Positions 58,298-64,000 of a stretch of 64,000 nt of DNA are shown here, piece after piece. The stretch's first letter is position 1, and each line of letters begins with the position of its first letter. A program made the translations under genes and the position numbers. Origin of the DNA: an uncultured delta proteobacterium (GTDB lineage: Bacteria; Desulfobacterota; Binatia; UBA9968); assembly GCA_963727625.1 (NCBI GenBank), contig CAVSHR010000007.1:96001-160000 (forward strand), given 5' to 3'. Below the pieces are notes generated by a model. It saw only the letters and a list, made by a program, of their open reading frames with translations, was not told the DNA's origin and ran no database searches.

Positions 58298-58623
58298 AGG
58301 CGTGAACAATGAATTTTTTCAAGCCGTTCAAGTCGTTCTATCTGCCCTTCCATCACGGGGTCACTTGTAGCCTTTAACCTGCGCTGTGCGGACATTTCCG
58401 ACACCTCAATAGGATTTCCCCTACTACGTTTTCCAGACGCGCCGGCTTTGCTTGAGCTTTTTCCAGAACTTCCGGCGAACGGAAAACTCCACCTCTTCGG
58501 TACGAGAGTTGCTATAGCATCTTGGCGCGGTGGCATTGCACTAAAACAATGGCTCGGTGGTAACGCGCCGCCAGCGCTTGTCGACCGACGGCTTGAAAAT
58601 GGCGGTGGCGGAGGAGGCGACTC

Positions 58624-59064
58624 ATGGCGGAGAAAAAACAGCCGGCCAATCGTGACTATAGGGTCGATCGTTTCTCGCCGGAAGAGACCCAACTATTTCG
58701 CCAGCCCGATGCTCTGTGCTGTGATGAATATCTGCACGTTTATCAGGCCAGACCGGTGGAGACTCCGGAAAGGCGCTTGCTAGCGGCGATCCTGCGCGAT
58801 GCGATCGATTGCTACCTGCGCGATTGTTGTACGGAAAACCGCCACAAAAAGAGCAGCTTCCGTGAAGCCGAGGAGTGGTTTTTCAGCACCGACGATTACG
58901 ACGTTTTCAGCGTCGAAAACATCTGCAGCGTTCTCAGCATCAACCCGGGCTATGTTCGAAGGAGCCTGTTGAGCTATCAACAGAAACACCGAATCCCCGC
59001 CGATTCCCAAGCGGAAAAAGCCCGCGAGGAGTCGGCCGCGGGCCATTTGCGGCTGGCCTCATGA
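58624..59064 (+). CDS. Hypothetical protein, paralogue of 44644-45072
   Basis: RBS ggagg; PERRLLAAILRDAIDC...AEEWFFS.D....FS.ENIC.VL.INP.YVR. Confidence 0.75.
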   Translation: MAEKKQPANRDYRVDRFSPEETQLFRQPDALCCDEYLHVYQARPVETPERRLLAAILRDAIDCYLRDCCTENRHKKSSFREAEEWFFSTDDYDVFSVENICSVLSINPGYVRRSLLSYQQKHRIPADSQAEKAREESAAGHLRLAS

Positions 59065-59394
59065 TGTAAGCTGCGCTCGACGCTTGTCTCTCAACGACGT
59101 CGGTCTAACGCGAAACGCTCCTTTCGGTCTGCTTAGCTGCCGGCCGGGTCGATCCCGATCGGTTTTCCCCTCCCTTGTCTGTCGCCGCGTCAAGTCCATT
59201 GGCCTGCGGTTTGTGATTTGAGTGAATGTCTAGGATATTCGTTCCAGCTCAGAACTGTTTTGCGATTTTTTTCCGTGTAAAAACGCAGCGAATGGTGGTT
59301 TCCCGGCTCTGTGTTCCTATAGATTGCAGTGCCTTTGACAAGCGACGCTGACCGATCGCAATATTCGGCGATGGATTTGAACTCCAACCAAGAC

Positions 59395-59503
59395 GCTTCG
59401 ACGGCAGCTATCGCTGGTTTCTCTTTCGCGCCGTGCCGGCGCGGGACGGCGCAGGCAAGCTGATCCGTTGGTATGGAACCAACGCCGACATCGAAGACCT
59501 CAA
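59395..59503 (+). pseudogene. Isolated PAS/PAC motif fragment
   Basis: RFDGSYRWFLFRAVPARDGAGKLIRWYGTNADIEDLK. Confidence 0.65.
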
Positions 59504-59707
59504 ATTCTTCCACGGTAATGCCTGCACCCTGGATCAGGGCACGGAGCGTTCCTCTGTCGCGCTCTCGATGATCGGGCACCGACAGATGACGGCGGTTTGG
59601 ATGGTACAGGATGATGTGGCTTCCCTTTTGCCGGTGGAAGATAAAACCGACTTTCCCAAAAACTTTGACCGCGTCGCGGCCGGAGATGACAGAGTAGCGT
59701 GGCCGTC
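59500..59707 (-). pseudogene. hicA: HicA toxin, inactivated
   Basis: VISGRDAVKVFGKVGF...QKGSHIIL...SVPDH...GTLRALI..AGITVEEF; probable start ATG reads ACG, frameshift near 59693, 3' end runs into the PAS fragment. Confidence 0.75.
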
Positions 59708-59921
59708 AAGCGGCGACGCTGATCTCGACGATATCGGCGGACGGAATGGGTAGATTTTGCGCTCGACGTACTCCGATAATGCCTTCGATCGCTTCCCGGA
59801 TATTTTTAAGCGCCTTTTCCCGGGTCTTACCTTGAGAGACGCAGCCCGGAAGCGTAGGGCATTCGGCCACAATATAGCCGTCTTCCCCGGCGCTCAACGT
59901 AACGATATACGTCTTTTCCAT
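59706..59921 (-). CDS. hicB: HicB-family antitoxin
   Basis: EDGYIVAECPTLPGCVSQGKTREKALKNIREAI. Confidence 0.9.
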   Translation of the reverse strand: MEKTYIVTLSAGEDGYIVAECPTLPGCVSQGKTREKALKNIREAIEGIIGVRRAQNLPIPSADIVEISVAA

Positions 59922-60014
59922 AGCAGCAGGATCCTAACATTTTCCGTGTTTTAATGAGAATAGGTTCTTTCAAATCACGGCATGACGCGCATCGCCACGG
60001 TTTAGCAACGCATG

Positions 60015-60189
60015 CCAGCTGACCTCGTGCGCAGGCAATCCGCTGAAGATTCTCAAACCGCCGGTCGAGATCCCGGGATTCACCATGCGCCAGGGCTGGC
60101 ATGAGATCCACCGCAACGATCCCGGTCACCGCTGGCTGCGCGGTGCGCTTATCAATGCCGTCGAAGCGCGGCGAAAGATCGGTGTTTGA
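60015..60189 (+). pseudogene. LysR substrate-binding domain C-terminal remnant (copy 1)
   Basis: PLKILKPPVEIPGFTMRQGWHEIHRNDPGHRWLR. Confidence 0.7.
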
Positions 60190-60396
60190 GCCCGCCCCGA
60201 TTGCACCGACAGAAAGCTAAGCGACAGCCCTCGACCGTTCATAGTCGACTGGGGTGACTCGTACCGCGGGGCGACCGGAGACAAACTTCCTTCGTAGGAA
60301 TTGTTTGACGACAAGATCCGCCTATGCCCGATTCTAGACCTAACCCGAGCCCTGTGCGCCAGGCAAATAGTGAATTAGCAAGCTGCCGTCGAGCGC

Positions 60397-61440
60397 TCAC
60401 AGCCCGTAAAGGGCCTGGGCGTTGTCGCCGAGGATCTTATCGATCGACGCGGCGGAGATTTTCCCGTCCGCTTTGAGCTTTCTCAGGGCGTTGATCTCGG
60501 AGGCGGTGTCGTCATGGCCGTAGTCGGTACCGATGATCAGATTGTCATCGCCCACGTGTTCCAGAATATAGGGTAGGTCATCGCTCGTCTGGCAGGCGAC
60601 GTAGATACGATTGTCCTTGAGCAGCTCTTTGTCCGACCAAGGCTTCCCGCGCCGCCGATAGCCGATCTCCACGTGGTTCATCACGTAGGGAAGCCACTCG
60701 GCGCTGAGCTCGACGAAAGCCCAGCGTAATTCCGGAAATTTTTGCGGCAGACGGCTGCCGATGACACTGGCGAAGAGATTGATCGGGCCGAACTTGAATT
60801 GGGCGAGGCTGGCGCCGCGTCCGAAGATGTCGAACATCTCCAAGTTGCCCTGCGAGGCATGCACGCAGAGGGGCATCCCCAGTCGGCTCGCCTCCTCGTA
60901 CACGGGGAAAAAATATGGGTCCGTCGGCAGCTTTTCCCCTTCGACGCCCCGGATAAAAACACCGCAGGCGCCGTTCTTTTTGCCGAAGTTCAACTCTTCG
61001 ATGGCCTTGTCGATGTAGTGCAGCGGTGGAATAACGACCCAGCGCAATCGACCCTTGCCGTCTTTCCAGATATCCGCGAGCCAGCGGTTGTAGCTCTTGC
61101 ATAGCGCCGCGTCCACGTGCGCCAGGGGCGTCAGAGTGCGAAGAAACAGACTTGGGTAAAGAACCTGACAGTCCACTCCGAGATCGTCCATGTGGGCAAG
61201 GCGGGCCTCCAGGTCCGCCGCCTCGCGCCGCTCTTTGGCGATGTCAAAACCGATGTTCCCATCCTTGGCGAAAACCCGACCGCCGATCATCCAGTATTCG
61301 CTTGCCCTCTGCTCGGAAGGCTTCTGTTCCGGGTCTTTGAACACCATGACGCAGGGCGCAAAGGATCTCTCGCCTGCATCCATGTAATCCCAGGTTCGCT
61401 CCCACTCGACGACATGCGCGTCGGCATCGATCACGGCCAT
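60397..61440 (-). CDS. Amidohydrolase-2 family metalloenzyme
   Basis: IDADAHV, QVLYPS, YNRWLAD, LCVH, FP.LR.AFVE, IGTDYGH, ILGDNA..LY. Confidence 0.88.
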   Translation of the reverse strand: MAVIDADAHVVEWERTWDYMDAGERSFAPCVMVFKDPEQKPSEQRASEYWMIGGRVFAKDGNIGFDIAKERREAADLEARLAHMDDLGVDCQVLYPSLFLRTLTPLAHVDAALCKSYNRWLADIWKDGKGRLRWVVIPPLHYIDKAIEELNFGKKNGACGVFIRGVEGEKLPTDPYFFPVYEEASRLGMPLCVHASQGNLEMFDIFGRGASLAQFKFGPINLFASVIGSRLPQKFPELRWAFVELSAEWLPYVMNHVEIGYRRRGKPWSDKELLKDNRIYVACQTSDDLPYILEHVGDDNLIIGTDYGHDDTASEINALRKLKADGKISAASIDKILGDNAQALYGL

Positions 61441-61653
61441 CGGCTCAATCCTTCTTTCCGGTGAATTTAGCACTACTGTTAGGGCGGCGCGCCTCGCGCT
61501 GTCAAGAGGGAGTGCGCCTTGTGTGAATGAGTATCGCGGCGACTCCCGGCATCCAGGGACTGCTTGCCGACGCTCCCCAAGCTGGACAGATTGCACCCGA
61601 CGGCGCCGTTTTGCTAGGTTGGGGGCTCCCGTTGGTCCCGAGAAGAGCGCATC

Positions 61654-63669
61654 ATGCGGTCGCGGCGAAAATCAAAAGGTTCAAACCAAAGGGCGGCAAG
61701 AAAAACTTCCTTTCTCGTGGAAGAGGCGACGATTGCCGGAGTGCACCGGGCGTTTCGCGCAAAGAAGCTCACGGCGACGGAACTCGTGCAGCTCTATCTC
61801 CAACGCATCAGGGCCTATAGTGGCGTCTGCGTCCGCGGCGATGTCGATGCCGTCACCGGACTGCAGCTGGGAGACCTCACGCCGATCCCGAATGCCGGCC
61901 AGCTCAATGCCTTCATCACGCTCAATCTGAAGGACGACAAGCGTATCAAGCTCGGTTTCCCCGAAAAACTGAAACGGACTCACACCGGGCGCGACGACGC
62001 CAAATATCCCGACGCGCTGGATCGGGCGCGGGATCTCGATCGAAATTTCGCCCGCACCGGCAAGTTGGCCGGTCCGCTCCATGGCATCCCGATCGCGATC
62101 AAGGACAACTACGATACTTTCGACATGCGCACGACGGCGGCAGCGGCGGCCGAGTACGCCGACGACCGCCCGCCCGACGACGCCGCCATGGTCGCAAAGT
62201 TGCGCGCCGCCGGCGCGATCCTGCTCGGCAAGACCAACATGGACGAGTACGCTCCCGCGGGAATTGCCCGCAGCGCCTTCGGCGGCCAGACCTGCAATCC
62301 CTACGATACGACGAGGATTCCCGGGGGATCGAGCGGCGGCTCGGCCGCGGCGGTGGCGGCCAACCTCGCCCTGTGCGCGCTGGGCACCGACACCTCCGGC
62401 TCGGTGCGCTTCCCGTCATCCTGCTGCAGCCTGGTCGGCCTGGTCGCGACCCAAGGGCTGGTGAGCCGCGACGGCATCGTGCCGCTGTCGTTTACCCGGG
62501 ACCGCGGCGGGCCGATCTGCCGCACCGTCGCAGACACGGCGATCCTTCTCGCAGTGCTCGCCGGCTACGATCCCAAAGATCCGGTCACGGCGGCGTGCAA
62601 CCCACGGCCGAAGATTTCCTATGCGCGCCATGCCGGTGGAAAATCGCTGCGCGGAAAAAGGCTCGGCGTGCTGCGCGATCTTATGATCGAAGCGAGCCTG
62701 GCCGATCGGGAAAATATTCGCGTCGCCAACGAAGCGTTCGCCGCCATGAAAAAGGCCGGTGCGACGATCGTCGATCCGGTGAACGTCGATAAAACCATCG
62801 CCGATCTGATTCCCTGTCTCGAGCCCGGCTGGCTAAAGAGAAATTTTCCCGCGGCGTTTCCCGACTCCGCCAAGTCCATCGATCGAATCGTGTCGATGGC
62901 GTTCGACCACAGCCAGGTTCCCTCTGGCGCCCGCGGCGTGAACCTGCGCCTGCTCGCCGCCCAGCCGCGCGGCCACGAAGCACACTACGCGATCAACCGA
63001 TACCTGCGCGAGCGCGGCGACGCCAAGTTCAAAAACCTTGGAGACATGCTCGCCATGCCGATGTTTTCCGGCAATCTGGACAATCTCAAAAGAGCGTTCA
63101 GCGCCGACGCCGAGACTCTGGACACGCCGGCGCAGATCGATCACCTGATACGCATGCAGACCTTGCGGCGGATTATTCTCCAAGTGATGGCGGAGAATAA
63201 TCTCGACGCGCTGGTTTACGCCTATACGACGATCCCGCCGCACATCATCTTGACCAACCGCCTGGCGAAAACCGTGCAGACCCACACCGAGCCGAGAATT
63301 CTAAAAGCCGGAACCGTCATGTCCGATCCGACCCTGGTCCCCGGCGAGCCCGTGCTGAAATCCGACCTCGACACCTACCGAGGCTCGGGCTCGAGCTTCG
63401 CGGTCGGTCTCAGCCCCGAAACCGGCTTCCCCGCCATCGTCGTGCCGGCCGGATTCACCCGAGAAGTCTACGATCGCGTACCGGACGATAGCGATCCCAA
63501 CGGAAGCCGGTTGGAAGGGCCGAAAACAGTCGACCTGCCGGTCGCTTTGGAATTGCTCGCCCGTCCCTTCGAGGAAACCACACTCTTCGAAATCGCCTCT
63601 GCCTTCGAAAGCCTCACACGCCACCGCCGCCCACCGCCGGGATTCGGCGAGCTTGCCGGCGACCGGTGA
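61654..63669 (+). CDS. Amidase signature family protein
   Basis: GPLHGIPIAIKD, LGKTNMDE, GGSSGGS, GTDTSGSVRFP (Lys-Ser-Ser triad). Confidence 0.92.
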   Translation: MRSRRKSKGSNQRAARKTSFLVEEATIAGVHRAFRAKKLTATELVQLYLQRIRAYSGVCVRGDVDAVTGLQLGDLTPIPNAGQLNAFITLNLKDDKRIKLGFPEKLKRTHTGRDDAKYPDALDRARDLDRNFARTGKLAGPLHGIPIAIKDNYDTFDMRTTAAAAAEYADDRPPDDAAMVAKLRAAGAILLGKTNMDEYAPAGIARSAFGGQTCNPYDTTRIPGGSSGGSAAAVAANLALCALGTDTSGSVRFPSSCCSLVGLVATQGLVSRDGIVPLSFTRDRGGPICRTVADTAILLAVLAGYDPKDPVTAACNPRPKISYARHAGGKSLRGKRLGVLRDLMIEASLADRENIRVANEAFAAMKKAGATIVDPVNVDKTIADLIPCLEPGWLKRNFPAAFPDSAKSIDRIVSMAFDHSQVPSGARGVNLRLLAAQPRGHEAHYAINRYLRERGDAKFKNLGDMLAMPMFSGNLDNLKRAFSADAETLDTPAQIDHLIRMQTLRRIILQVMAENNLDALVYAYTTIPPHIILTNRLAKTVQTHTEPRILKAGTVMSDPTLVPGEPVLKSDLDTYRGSGSSFAVGLSPETGFPAIVVPAGFTREVYDRVPDDSDPNGSRLEGPKTVDLPVALELLARPFEETTLFEIASAFESLTRHRRPPPGFGELAGDR

Positions 63670-63796
63670 CGGTGAATGGGCGCCGTTGCCAGTCGCGGTA
63701 GACTCCCGCTGGCCACGCCGATGGGATTATCCTCAATGGCGCTTAGGTCGATATCGTTTGAATGACCGTCGCTAGATTGTTTAGATATCCAGAGTG

Positions 63797-63957
63797 GCAG
63801 CCGAGCTCGTGCGCATGCATCCGCTGAAGATTCTCAAACCGCCGGTCGAGATCGCGTCGCGGGCTTCACCATCTACCAGGGCTGGCACGAAATCCACCGT
63901 AATGACCCCCGTAACCGGTGGCTCCGCGATGCGCTTATCAATGCCGCTAAAGGATAG
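63797..63957 (+). pseudogene. LysR C-terminal remnant (copy 2, direct repeat of ~60015-60170)
   Basis: Shares atccgctgaagattctcaaaccgccggtcgagatc and gcgcttatcaatgccg with copy 1; contains a small insertion. Confidence 0.75.
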
Positions 63958-64000
63958 AAACTGAACGAAGTCCCGCTCGCAACTGGCGCAATGCCCAATC

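Overview
GC-rich bacterial window. The SsuA/NMT1-type binding protein, amidohydrolase-2, XDH-family gene and paralogous hypotheticals resemble 'Deltaproteobacteria'/Ca. Binatota-like genomes (inference only). About 1-46 kb is an almost entirely plus-strand accessory island. It holds a GH65 glycoside phosphorylase/hydrolase, phosphoketolase, a YbhFSR-type ABC exporter, IS remnants, DUF2254 and TPI, then an apparent operon ppk2-manA-HAD/PMM-GH130 translationally coupled to a complete Na+-type N-ATPase (atpDCQRBEFAG). After that come a stand-alone ThsB-like TIR gene, a giant cyclic beta-1,2-glucan synthase bracketed by direct repeats of the TIR 3' end, a stomatin, and a signalling block (CheB-CheR-PAS-kinase, NarL regulator, nucleotidyltransferase, sensorless kinase, two Crp/Fnr paralogues, diguanylate cyclase). 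The island carries many short deletion scars, several matching intact genes elsewhere in the window (xfp x2, atpD, manA) and others recognised by motif (nhaA, mgtA, hlyD). About 47-64 kb holds an ECF sigma/anti-sigma/metal-sensor/MacAB-OMF operon, an XDH-family subunit, an ABC binding protein, a four-helix-bundle gene enclosed by inverted heptamer arrays, a GST, a decayed HicBA pair, an amidohydrolase and an amidase between LysR-tail repeats. Several otherwise intact genes have a single small frameshift, possibly sequencing error. No rRNA, tRNA or CRISPR array was seen. All calls are from motif recognition, without database searches.
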